Assembly (NCBI GenBank): GCA_963674945.2
Contig: CAXXWQ010000003.1
Coordinates: 736,001 to 800,000, forward strand
Reading direction: 5' to 3'
Origin: an uncultured Desulfosarcina sp.
Lineage (GTDB): Bacteria > Desulfobacterota > Desulfobacteria > Desulfobacterales > Desulfosarcinaceae
Length of the DNA: 64,000 nt
Numbering within the stretch: the stretch's first letter is position 1; the number at the start of each line of letters is the position of its first letter. The notes under the pieces are model-generated. The model worked only from the letters and a program-made list of their open reading frames with translations. It did not search any database and had not been told where the DNA came from. Below, one piece after another: positions 10,380-19,508 of this stretch. The position numbers were made by a program, and so were the translations under genes.

Positions 10380-11048
10380 CTATTGCGACAAAATAAAGGT
10401 CGATCCCTTCCGGAATTCTTCGGCAAAATCGCCATCGCCCATTTCGCGGCAAAGAAGATCTACGAGAAGCGGCATCGTATCTGTCGAAGGGGTTTGCGTT
10501 TCACACCATTTTTCCAACGCGCCCTTAAACATCACGGGGGCTACCGGCCCCAAAATTTTTACCATGAGGGCCTTCAATTTCGTCAAAGGATCGGAGAGCG
10601 GTCCGGAATTCATCATTTCTTCCAATACCTTGGGATCGATGGATGATTCCTTCTTTTCACTTCGTTGATGGTTGGAGGACGAAGCGGCTTTATCTTGCGG
10701 ATTGTATTCACGAATCAGTGGTTTTAACTCTTCTATGATCAGATTGATCGAAACGGAAAGCATGTTCGCCTTAACTTTGGGATCGGACAACAATACGAAA
10801 AAAAAGTTGCTCTCGATCTCTCGGATCGTGACAGCAGACTGCTCAAAAAACAGGAAAGCATCCGTATGATCGGGAAAATCAGTTCCAAAAAGCTGGTTGA
10901 GTTTGATAAGATGAGAACTGATTTCTCGTAATTTCTCTTCTTTGAATATTGAGGGCAGATTTTTTTCAATTACGCCCATTTCCGGGTTGTACACATAACC
11001 GCCCATTACACCCGGTATCAAATTCATTTCATTCAGGGCTTTCTGCAT
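10380..11048 (-). CDS. Roadblock/LC7 (MglB-like) domain protein with a C-terminal helical domain
   Basis: LNEMNLIPGVMGGYVYNPEMGVI N-terminus typical of the Roadblock fold; Ser/Lys-rich linker; SD AGGAGG. Confidence 0.65.
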   Translation of the reverse strand: MQKALNEMNLIPGVMGGYVYNPEMGVIEKNLPSIFKEEKLREISSHLIKLNQLFGTDFPDHTDAFLFFEQSAVTIREIESNFFFVLLSDPKVKANMLSVSINLIIEELKPLIREYNPQDKAASSSNHQRSEKKESSIDPKVLEEMMNSGPLSDPLTKLKALMVKILGPVAPVMFKGALEKWCETQTPSTDTMPLLVDLLCREMGDGDFAEEFRKGSTFILSQ

Positions 11049-11056
11049 CCCTCCTC

Positions 11057-12190
11057 CTATTTCTTCATTCGAGACCGTACCTTATTGATACGTTGCCAAA
11101 ATTCCGTAATATTGAATTCCGGTTTCAGCGAAAGAATCAGTCGTAATTGTTTAAACTCAAAAAACAAGAAACGGCCACCGTCCCTTACATTCACGAGGAA
11201 ATACGTAAATTTTCCGCTGGCCATCGCGCTTTCCAAAATGGATACCGGTTCGAAATAGCCAGAAAGGGCAATCGTGAGGTCGCTGCCATGTTTGCTGCTC
11301 TTGGCCAGCACAAAATCGTCCCGGTTGTATATTTTACAAGCGTGGATACCCGGTGTCGTTTTGACCAATGAGATCAGTTCGGCCGGGATACTGGCTTTTT
11401 GCGCTTTTAAACCGTCGTATTCCTCATTTGCGCCCTGACCTTCCGTTCCTTTTTCACGTTGCAACGGCCGGTTTTCGGGTGCATCGGATTGGGGATTGTT
11501 CTTTTTTTCATCTTTTAACCGCATCCCTTCCAGCAAAATGGTCATCAACGGATGTGTAATCCTTTTTGCCGGAAGACTGCTGATGCTTTTAATTCCGACG
11601 GTGGCATTTTCCCAGCTGATGATCTCATACGCTGCGGCTTCCGCCACGAGCGTACCGGTTTTTGCATCGATCAATTGTCCGTCGGAAAAGATCACCTCTC
11701 CGGTTTTATCGGCTGATTCGATGGTCAGACGGCAGGTCCGTTGTTCCATCTCCATGAGTTGAAACAGGGATGGAACACCGATGCCACTGATCTCCCCTTG
11801 TGCCCTGGCTTTCAAATCCGCCAATATACATTCAGATAGATATTTGAAATCATAAGGTTTTTTAAAAAGTCGAAGAGATGGAAGAGATCCGAGGCTGGCA
11901 TCCAGTTCCGGCGTGACCTCCACGGAAGCCACGAAAATGGGCATAAGGGGATATTTTTCCGTCAAAATACCAATGAGTTCGAAGCCGTCCATAACAGGCA
12001 TATACAGATCCGTCACGACGAGATCGACCGTTTCCCGTTCGGCAATCTCCAGGGCGACTTTGCCATTTTCGACAATCGTTACGCGGAACTGGTCCGCAAA
12101 ACGCTCGAAATGTTGAACCGCCACCCCTCGGATGGCTTCCTCGTCTTCAACAAATAGCACGTGTTTTCGTTCTGCATTCGCCATAATCAT
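11057..12190 (-). CDS. response regulator with REC, PATAN/DUF4388 and a C-terminal Roadblock-like domain
   Basis: VEDE..TDLYMPVMDG..KKP receiver; GEISGIGVPSLFQLMEMEQRTCRL..GEVIFSDGQLIDA..AAYEIISW..ILLEGMRLKDE PATAN signature; C-terminal LVKTTPGIHACKIY. Confidence 0.8.
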   Translation of the reverse strand: MIMANAERKHVLFVEDEEAIRGVAVQHFERFADQFRVTIVENGKVALEIAERETVDLVVTDLYMPVMDGFELIGILTEKYPLMPIFVASVEVTPELDASLGSLPSLRLFKKPYDFKYLSECILADLKARAQGEISGIGVPSLFQLMEMEQRTCRLTIESADKTGEVIFSDGQLIDAKTGTLVAEAAAYEIISWENATVGIKSISSLPAKRITHPLMTILLEGMRLKDEKKNNPQSDAPENRPLQREKGTEGQGANEEYDGLKAQKASIPAELISLVKTTPGIHACKIYNRDDFVLAKSSKHGSDLTIALSGYFEPVSILESAMASGKFTYFLVNVRDGGRFLFFEFKQLRLILSLKPEFNITEFWQRINKVRSRMKK

Positions 12191-12289
12191 GCCATCTCTA
12201 CTCTATCGAGCACAAGGGAGAGTTAACAAAACAGATTTCGTATCGTAAAAGATACCAACCTGTGAGGGTCGATTCGCCAATTTACTGTA

Positions 12290-12318
12290 AAATTATGTAA
12301 AACACGTTGAATTGTCAA
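12290..12318 (-). promoter_or_regulatory. sigma70-type promoter for the REC-PATAN gene
   Basis: minus strand TTGACA-N17-TAATTT about 100 nt upstream of the ATG. Confidence 0.55.
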
Positions 12319-12434
12319 TTCATAACAACGAATTCGGTATCATTTGCCAAACGATATTGTATAAACGGCTGGCAGACAACGATCGGGACCAGACCCTGTG
12401 AATCTTCCGTGGTGGATTCAAAACATCACCGGGT

Positions 12435-13145
12435 CTATGACGTGGGAGGATACAAGCGGGGGCGGTCTTTTCGGCTTTTCTTTCTCACCACCTGCAAGGT
12501 GTCGTACAGCTTGGCGCGGGTTTTTCGCTTAAGCGCCTTGATATATTTTACATCCGGATTTCTCCCCATTTCGTTAAAACAGGTCGGACAAAGGGCGACA
12601 ACATTTTTCACGGAGTTCTCCCCACCTTGCGCGAGAGGTACGATATGGTACGGTTTTAGATTGAAATCCGATTCGGTACCCTGGCCTGTTTGGATTCCAC
12701 AGCGTTCGCATCGCATCGCGCATCGTCGCAAAACAGACTCGAATACGCGCTTTTTTCGATTGAATGGTTCCGTCCCATCGGCTGCGTCTTTCCAAGGCTT
12801 TCCGGGTTTGGGTTTCTGGATCGGATGATGCGAAATTTCCCTGTTTCCATTACCAACTTGTGCCGGAGCCTGCCGTGAGCCTGGTGCAACGGTTTCATTG
12901 GTTGCGCCATCCGTATCTGTCTGTCGAGAAGCAAGATCACCGGTCGTGGCCTCTTTTTTTCGTTTCCGGATGATTCCACGGCCCGTTTGCCTGCCGGCAG
13001 CCGGCCTCGTGGAGATGGACTTTCGCCACAATCGATGATGCTCTTGCTGCAATTGCCGCTTGAGTTCCTCCGTTGTTGCGCCAGAATCGTATTTCACGTT
13101 CATCTCGCGCAGCATTTGCACAATCTCCAGTTTGCTCAACCCCAT
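12435..13145 (-). CDS. HNH-family (McrA-like) protein with a degenerate active site and an N-terminal HeH/LEM-like helical motif
   Basis: CERC...YHIVPLAQGGENSVKNVVALCPTCF; N-terminus LEIVQMLREMNVKYDSGATTEELKRQL. Confidence 0.7.
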   Translation of the reverse strand: MGLSKLEIVQMLREMNVKYDSGATTEELKRQLQQEHHRLWRKSISTRPAAGRQTGRGIIRKRKKEATTGDLASRQTDTDGATNETVAPGSRQAPAQVGNGNREISHHPIQKPKPGKPWKDAADGTEPFNRKKRVFESVLRRCAMRCERCGIQTGQGTESDFNLKPYHIVPLAQGGENSVKNVVALCPTCFNEMGRNPDVKYIKALKRKTRAKLYDTLQVVRKKSRKDRPRLYPPTS

Positions 13146-13338
13146 GATTGACCTGATTTTACTTTCAAAAAAGTGTTTTTCATATCCAATATCATTGGCA
13201 AAGGCGCCATTTTCCTTCCAAAAGGATAGGATAGTTACAACAAACCGTATGGAGTTTCAATGGCCTTTGTCTGTTTTTTTGATTGGGCGTTACCGTTGCC
13301 CTGAGGTTGACGGCATCCCCGAAAGCCGAATGCTTGCA

Positions 13339-15255
13339 TTACACTTCAACCGACTTTACCGGCAACCGGATGGTTATCGTGCAGCCGGCGTCCGGATTGT
13401 TTTCCACCCCGACCCTGCCCCCCATGGCCGTCACAAACTTTCGAACCAGGGCCAGTCCGATCCCGGTACCGCCGGTAGTGCGACCGAGATCATCGTCGAC
13501 ACGGTAAAAATCATCGAATACATGCTTTATGGATCGATGGGGAATTCCCGGCCCCGTGTCGGAAACGGCAAGGCGGATCCAGCGGCCATCTTGCTGCGCG
13601 CCGATAACGATTCGTTTCTCGGCTCTGTTACGACCGAATTTAATGCTGTTTTCGATAAGATTGATCAGCACCTGCACCAATACGTTCCGGTCATAGGCGA
13701 ATGGGGGCAATGAATCACATCGAATGACCATATCGTACCCTTCGCGGGTTACGGTTTCGTTCATGATGTCCCTGACGTCGTGCATCACCTCGGTAAGGTC
13801 CCCCATCTTGTAATCGAAACGATGGGTTCGCTTTTCCAGACGGGACATCTCCAGGACATTATCGATCAATCCGGACAGTCGGGTACTCTCCGAAGAGAGG
13901 ATTGTAAGATATTGTGTTTCCTGCTGCTTTGTCCTGGCGATTCCGGTCTCCAACATCTCGATGTACATGCGTATGGTGGTAAGTGGTGTCTTGAGTTCGT
14001 GGGTCACGTTCGACACAAATTGAGATCGTCTTTCGGACAACTCCACCACGGCTCGCGCGCTCTTGTAGAGCGTCACAAATCCCGCAACCAAGATGAGTCC
14101 AATAACCGTCAGCGCCAGGGTGAAGGTCTGCCGTGCCGGTGAGGGTGGCACGGTGACAATGTGCATCTCGGCTGAAAGAAAATCAAAGGGAGCAGGAAAG
14201 GTTCCTCCGGCCAGATAGCGGCCGGTGCTTTTTCCGGCAGCCAGGCCGATGCCGTCGCCGACCGCAAAGTGGTCCGAAACGCGAAAAGTGAGACGGGCAT
14301 ACCGGGCAATGGGTTGGGTTTCGTAGTGAACGGCGAGCAGGTGATCGAGAAATTCGTCGACCTGAAGCACGAATCCCTGCCGATAGATCTGTCCGCCAAT
14401 ATCGATGCGGCGAAAAATAAAGACCCTGTTCGCATCGATGGTTACCGCCTGCAGCGGTGCCACTTCCACCTGAAAGCGACCGCCGGCGTCTGCACCGGCC
14501 GCCTGCCTCTCTATGGCCTCTCCTTGTCGTTCCATGGCCGGCCGAGCCGTTGCGGCGGGAGGTAGACGTTCTTTTTCTTCATCGCCCCGATCCGGCACTT
14601 CATCAAGGGTGGTGCCTGACCATAGGGACTGGGGGGGCACATTGGTCTCCCGCAAAGAAAAATTCATGGCCTGTCCGGCGGTGATCTCCTCCACGCGTGC
14701 CTCTTTTTGGCCGAGGACGCTTTTGGATCTTCTTTCCTGTGAACCTTTCAGATAACGGTCGGCAAAGGCCGATTGTCCCTCGTTTTGAAGGCCGACCGAT
14801 CTCTGGGCCTCTTCTTTCAACGCTTGGGGGATGCGGGCGGTGAATTTTTTTCGGTTGAAAATCTCATTGACGCTTTTCAGCTGCTGAATTCGAAGGGAGA
14901 TCGCTTTCGATGGAACTACACTCCTATCCGTCAATGGCGACTGAAAGGATCCGTCCGGATTGTTCTGAAGGTAGCCCAATACATAAGAAACGTTGGGTGT
15001 CTTTGCCAAAGGAGAGATCACGACTCCTGCCTGGTTCACCATGGTGTGGCGGTATTCGTCCACGGCCCTGGTCTCCTCTTTGCGGACCATGTCGGTCAAC
15101 TCCGATTCGATTTCATCCAACAGCTGCTTTGCGAAAAATGCGATCTGCGCCTGGGCCTCGCGATCCAAGGCCACATATGTTCGAATGGCGACAAAAGCCA
15201 ATGGTACGCTGATGGTCACGAAAAAAAGAACCATAAAAAGGCCCAATCGTTTCAC
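13339..15255 (-). CDS. membrane sensor histidine kinase
   Basis: two TM segments; HELKTPL H-box, NLIENSIKF N-box, DTGPGI, GGTGIGL; GTGA overlap with the RR stop. Confidence 0.92.
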   Translation of the reverse strand: MKRLGLFMVLFFVTISVPLAFVAIRTYVALDREAQAQIAFFAKQLLDEIESELTDMVRKEETRAVDEYRHTMVNQAGVVISPLAKTPNVSYVLGYLQNNPDGSFQSPLTDRSVVPSKAISLRIQQLKSVNEIFNRKKFTARIPQALKEEAQRSVGLQNEGQSAFADRYLKGSQERRSKSVLGQKEARVEEITAGQAMNFSLRETNVPPQSLWSGTTLDEVPDRGDEEKERLPPAATARPAMERQGEAIERQAAGADAGGRFQVEVAPLQAVTIDANRVFIFRRIDIGGQIYRQGFVLQVDEFLDHLLAVHYETQPIARYARLTFRVSDHFAVGDGIGLAAGKSTGRYLAGGTFPAPFDFLSAEMHIVTVPPSPARQTFTLALTVIGLILVAGFVTLYKSARAVVELSERRSQFVSNVTHELKTPLTTIRMYIEMLETGIARTKQQETQYLTILSSESTRLSGLIDNVLEMSRLEKRTHRFDYKMGDLTEVMHDVRDIMNETVTREGYDMVIRCDSLPPFAYDRNVLVQVLINLIENSIKFGRNRAEKRIVIGAQQDGRWIRLAVSDTGPGIPHRSIKHVFDDFYRVDDDLGRTTGGTGIGLALVRKFVTAMGGRVGVENNPDAGCTITIRLPVKSVEV

Positions 15256-15950
15256 GGCAGACGCTCCAACCGGTATCCCTGGCCGCGAACCGTTTGGATG
15301 GTCATGTTGCCATGGACCAGGGATCTTATCTTTTTTCTCAGTTTCAGTATGTGAATATCCACGGTACGGGTTTGCACATCCGGATCATTATAATGCCAAA
15401 CCTGGGTCAACAATTCGCCTTTTGAGACAATCCGATCCTGGTGGCGATACAGGTACATTACGATGTCCATCTCCCTTCGGGTCAGTTCGACGGTTTTCTT
15501 TTCGTCCGCGGCCCGAAGATTGGTTCCATCGAATCGGACATCGCCGTATTCGATTTTCTCGTCGCCAATGGATGTTCCGCTTCTTCTGAGAACGGCCTCT
15601 ACCCGAACCATCAACTCCCGGATGGAAAAGGGTTTGCTCACATAATCGTCTGCACCGGCGGAAAAGCCGGCAACCAAATCATCCTCGGAGCCCTTTGCCG
15701 TCAATATGATCACCGGTTGAACCGGACGCTTTCTTCGAATCTTTCGGCAAATGGAAAAACCGTCCATGCCGGGCAGCATTACATCCAGTAACACCAGATC
15801 GTATTTTCCCGAAAGCGCAAACGCACACCCTTCGACCCCCTCGGCGACCCCATCGACACTGTAACCATTGAAGACAAGAACATCACATAGTCCGCGCAAG
15901 ATCGCCGGATCATCCTCCACGACAAGAATCCGGGCTTTGGATTTTTCCAT
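15252..15950 (-). CDS. OmpR/PhoB-family response regulator
   Basis: VVEDD, LLDVMLPGMDG, KPF receiver; wHTH RTVDIHILKLRKK..TVRGQGY. Confidence 0.95.
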   Translation of the reverse strand: MEKSKARILVVEDDPAILRGLCDVLVFNGYSVDGVAEGVEGCAFALSGKYDLVLLDVMLPGMDGFSICRKIRRKRPVQPVIILTAKGSEDDLVAGFSAGADDYVSKPFSIRELMVRVEAVLRRSGTSIGDEKIEYGDVRFDGTNLRAADEKKTVELTRREMDIVMYLYRHQDRIVSKGELLTQVWHYNDPDVQTRTVDIHILKLRKKIRSLVHGNMTIQTVRGQGYRLERLP

Positions 15951-16189
15951 GGTCGGCTCCTTTCACGGCCCGCCAATCGATGTCTAACGCACAGCATGCC
16001 AAGACCCACTGTTTTTCCTATCATTAAAACCTTGCGGGTCAAAGTAAAACTTATGCAAAAAAATCAGCCTAACCTTTTGCATTTGTTTGAATTGTCTTTT
16101 CCTCCACAGGGTGTACCATCCAACCATGTTTCATAACCGTAAAATAAAACCACAGCATTTTGTTCATTCAGAAAAGGGAGGTTTTTATT

Positions 16190-17620
16190 ATGCCGAAACA
16201 GAAAAAGAGTCTTTACACCATTCTCGGATTGATCCTTGCCACCGCCGTTGCCATGGCCGCAATGGGCACGGTTGCCTCGACGGGCATCGTTGCGTTGCCC
16301 GGTGAAACGGATTTTGGAAATGGGCCTGTCCATCTATCCACGGAATTGGTTCAGGACAAAGTTCTTTTGGGTGGCGATGGCCGGGTGACCGTTGCCCTGG
16401 ATCTGGCCGTATCGGATCTACCCGCGTCCGAAGCTCCCACAGTACCTGCGACAGACCTGGTCATCGTTCTGGACCGCAGCGGCTCGATGGAAGGAGAAAA
16501 GCTGCGCGATGCAAAGCAGGCGGTAGTCGGCATGTTGCACCGGCTGGGGCCTTCCGATCGACTGGCCCTTGTCACCTATGCCAACGATGTACGAACACCG
16601 CTTCCCTTGCTGTCCATGAATGAATACAACCGGGGACGCATGGCATCTGCGGTCACACAGGTCGTATCCGGTGGTGGGACCAATTTGGGTGGCGGTATGA
16701 AGCGGGCGATGGACATTTTGATGACAGTCACGAACCAGGCCCGCCAGCGAAAGATGATCCTCATATCGGACGGTCTTGCCAATCAGGGGATTACCGATCC
16801 CTTGGTACTGGGGCAACTGGCATCCGCTGCCGTCGAGAATCACTTTTCCATCAGTACCATCGGCGTCGGTTTGGACTTTAACGAGATCCTCATGACGGCC
16901 ATCGCCGATCAAGGCGCAGGGCACTATCATTTTCTTGAAAATCCCGAACTGTTTGCATCTGTATTCGAAGCCGAGTTCCTGGCAACCCGGAAGGTGGCCG
17001 CTGCCGACGTTTCCATCCGGGTCCCGGTGTCGTCCGGTGTACAGCTGATCGGCGCAGGCGGTTACCCCATCCGCACTGAAGATGGCGGGGCCGTTTTTTA
17101 TCCAGGAAACCTCTTGTCCGGCCAGCATAGAAAGCTCCACCTGACATTTCGCGTTCCTACGGATGATCAAGGGAAAATCCGCATTCCGAAAATCCGATTG
17201 CAATACCGCCACGGAGACCGAATCGTAAGCATCGCTACCCCTAGTCCAATGGCCGTCGCCTGCGTACCGGATGCTGCATCTGTTGTGGCAAGTATCAACA
17301 AAGCGGCGTGGGCCGATCGGGTGGTGCAAGAGGACTTTAATGAATTAAAGGCGAAGGTTGCCGAGAGGATCCGAAGTGGTGACAGAGAAGGAGCCAAAAA
17401 GGAGATTCGATCGTATATGGGAGAAAAGGCGGCAGCGAATGCCGTGGTCGGCTCCGGGAAAGTGGCCAGAAACCTGGAGGTGGAGGTAAAAGACCTGGGC
17501 CGGCAGGTGGACGAAACCTTCATGGGATCACCCTCGGCGGTTGAACAAAAGCAAAAGCAGATTTCCAAATCAATGCAGCATGAAAGTTATACGACGAGAA
17601 GAAATATTGGCACGAAATAG
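16190..17620 (+). CDS. exported or membrane-anchored von Willebrand factor A (VWA) domain protein
   Basis: SD GGGAGG; signal/TM segment; MIDAS DRSGS, GGGTN, LISDG. Confidence 0.88.
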   Translation: MPKQKKSLYTILGLILATAVAMAAMGTVASTGIVALPGETDFGNGPVHLSTELVQDKVLLGGDGRVTVALDLAVSDLPASEAPTVPATDLVIVLDRSGSMEGEKLRDAKQAVVGMLHRLGPSDRLALVTYANDVRTPLPLLSMNEYNRGRMASAVTQVVSGGGTNLGGGMKRAMDILMTVTNQARQRKMILISDGLANQGITDPLVLGQLASAAVENHFSISTIGVGLDFNEILMTAIADQGAGHYHFLENPELFASVFEAEFLATRKVAAADVSIRVPVSSGVQLIGAGGYPIRTEDGGAVFYPGNLLSGQHRKLHLTFRVPTDDQGKIRIPKIRLQYRHGDRIVSIATPSPMAVACVPDAASVVASINKAAWADRVVQEDFNELKAKVAERIRSGDREGAKKEIRSYMGEKAAANAVVGSGKVARNLEVEVKDLGRQVDETFMGSPSAVEQKQKQISKSMQHESYTTRRNIGTK

Positions 17621-17742
17621 AAAAAGCGGATGTGGTTTGACCAAACATTGACCGATTCATCAACATTGGCCATGGTGGTGATGGTTTTACCACCAAACCA
17701 CGTTTGCCAAACGGGGCAATTTCATAACAGTGGAGGTACTCC

Positions 17743-18303
17743 ATGGGAATCATTTCCCGAATCCTTCGAATTTGCCGGGCCGACGCACACGGTCTCTTGG
17801 ATCGGATAGAGGACAAAGGGCGGTTGCTGCGACAGTACCTGAGGGAGATGGAGATCTCCCTCGATCAAAAGGCACAGCAGTTGAGGAAGTTGGAAAAACG
17901 CCGAGACCAGTTGTCAAAGGTGATCCTTCATCGTGAAAAACGAATCGGACAGCTAAAAAAGGATCTTCACCTGGCCATAAAAAAGGATCGAGACGACATC
18001 GCCCGGGTACTGATCCGCAAACGCCTTTGCAGCGAAACCGATACCCATGATCTGAAAGAACAGTTGGCAGACATGGATCGCAAGAAATCTGCGCTTTCAC
18101 AAACCCTGACCGAGCAGCGAATCCGATATGCGTCCGTGAAAGCAAAGACAGACACCGATGTTCGGAGTGAAGCCGACGATCTTTTTCAAAGGACAATCAC
18201 GAAGATCGATTCTCTTGCCGGCGCGAATATGCCCGGCAAAGAGGAGATCGAGCTGGAACTTCTCAGAACAAAAGAGAAGCTGTTTGCAGGAGACACCCCA
18301 TGA
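17743..18303 (+). CDS. PspA/IM30 (ESCRT-III-like) family protein
   Basis: amphipathic start MGIISRILRICRADAHGLLDRIED, LRQYLREME, DDIARVLIRKR, long coiled coil, EIELELLRTK; SD GGAGG. Confidence 0.85.
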   Translation: MGIISRILRICRADAHGLLDRIEDKGRLLRQYLREMEISLDQKAQQLRKLEKRRDQLSKVILHREKRIGQLKKDLHLAIKKDRDDIARVLIRKRLCSETDTHDLKEQLADMDRKKSALSQTLTEQRIRYASVKAKTDTDVRSEADDLFQRTITKIDSLAGANMPGKEEIELELLRTKEKLFAGDTP

Positions 18304-18839
18304 AACAGTGTGCACGAACAACGATTGTCTATGGACTGGTCAGTGCACTGACCGTCATTCCCACAGCCGGCTTGGTCGCCCATTGTACCAGTTGGACCAC
18401 GGCATTGACATTCGTATTGTGGATCGATCTTTTCTTCTACACGATTTTCCTGGCACGGTGGAGCCGAACCCCTTTTTTTTCAATCATCTATCCACTGTTC
18501 CTGTCGTTGGCCACCGCCCTTTGGGCTGACCGCTGCCTGGAATTGATCATCTTCGGCCTGGGGGCGTTTGCCTGGATCAGAGGCGGCATCTGTTTTTGCC
18601 GGACGCCGGTTCGATGCATTCTTGCCGAAACCATCACATTGGTCGGAGGCGCCGGGTTGGTGTTTCTGTTTCGTCCGGAAACGGGCATTGTCCAGGCCAT
18701 GGGCATCTGGCTTTTTTTCCTCGTGCAGGCCCTTTACTTTTTCATCGTACCGATGAATACCGGAAAACAAAGAGATGTTGCGTCCTTGGATCCCTTCGAG
18801 CATGCGTTGCAAAAGGCGAGTCGATTGCTGGCGGAGTAA
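18300..18839 (+). CDS. hypothetical multi-pass membrane protein
   Basis: about 5-6 hydrophobic segments; ATGA overlap with the pspA-like gene; C-terminal DPFEHAL. Confidence 0.75.
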   Translation: MKQCARTTIVYGLVSALTVIPTAGLVAHCTSWTTALTFVLWIDLFFYTIFLARWSRTPFFSIIYPLFLSLATALWADRCLELIIFGLGAFAWIRGGICFCRTPVRCILAETITLVGGAGLVFLFRPETGIVQAMGIWLFFLVQALYFFIVPMNTGKQRDVASLDPFEHALQKASRLLAE

Positions 18840-18980
18840 TACTGCATCCGGCAGCGTTTGTGTGACGATTCGGAAATTTTGATGCCATTTCCCATTGAGA
18901 TTCTTTTCGGTTTGCGGTACCGTGCACCGGACGATGGATGAATTCAACGAAAAATCGATAAACCAAAGATCATTTGTATT

Positions 18981-19241
18981 ATGAAAACCGTAACCATGTA
19001 CACCACCACAGTGTGTCCCTATTGCCACAAGGCGAAGAACCTGCTGCAAACCAAAGGCGTGGCAATCCAGGAAATCCCAATCGATTCGGATCCGGCCAAA
19101 GCGGATGAAGCGGTGGAAAGAAGCGGCGGGCGACTCACGGTCCCCCAAATTTTCATCGACGATCTGCACGTGGGCGGCTGCGACGATCTCTACGAACTCG
19201 AAGCCCAGGGAAAACTGGACCAAATGCTGAAAATTTCCTGA
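18981..19241 (+). CDS. grxC: glutaredoxin 3
   Basis: CPYC, TVPQIFI, HVGGCDDL. Confidence 0.92.
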   Translation: MKTVTMYTTTVCPYCHKAKNLLQTKGVAIQEIPIDSDPAKADEAVERSGGRLTVPQIFIDDLHVGGCDDLYELEAQGKLDQMLKIS

Positions 19242-19508
19242 GCCGATACGGTAATCCCACCAATACACGCTCCATTGACGCCAACCGGCACCCGCAACTG
19301 TTTTGGGTGCACGACCCTTTGCCATTTGTACGTCTTTGCCTCGCATTGCTCGATCATATTCGGCCCGGCAGTTGCGTCGGGAAAGCCTTGACGAAAAATG
19401 TGAAATAGCAGATATTGTCATGAACAAGGAAAATCCGTGAATTGGCGGGAACATGTGGAGGTGATATCCAGGATGTAATTTGTATCAACGAAGGAGATCA
19501 TAAGCACC

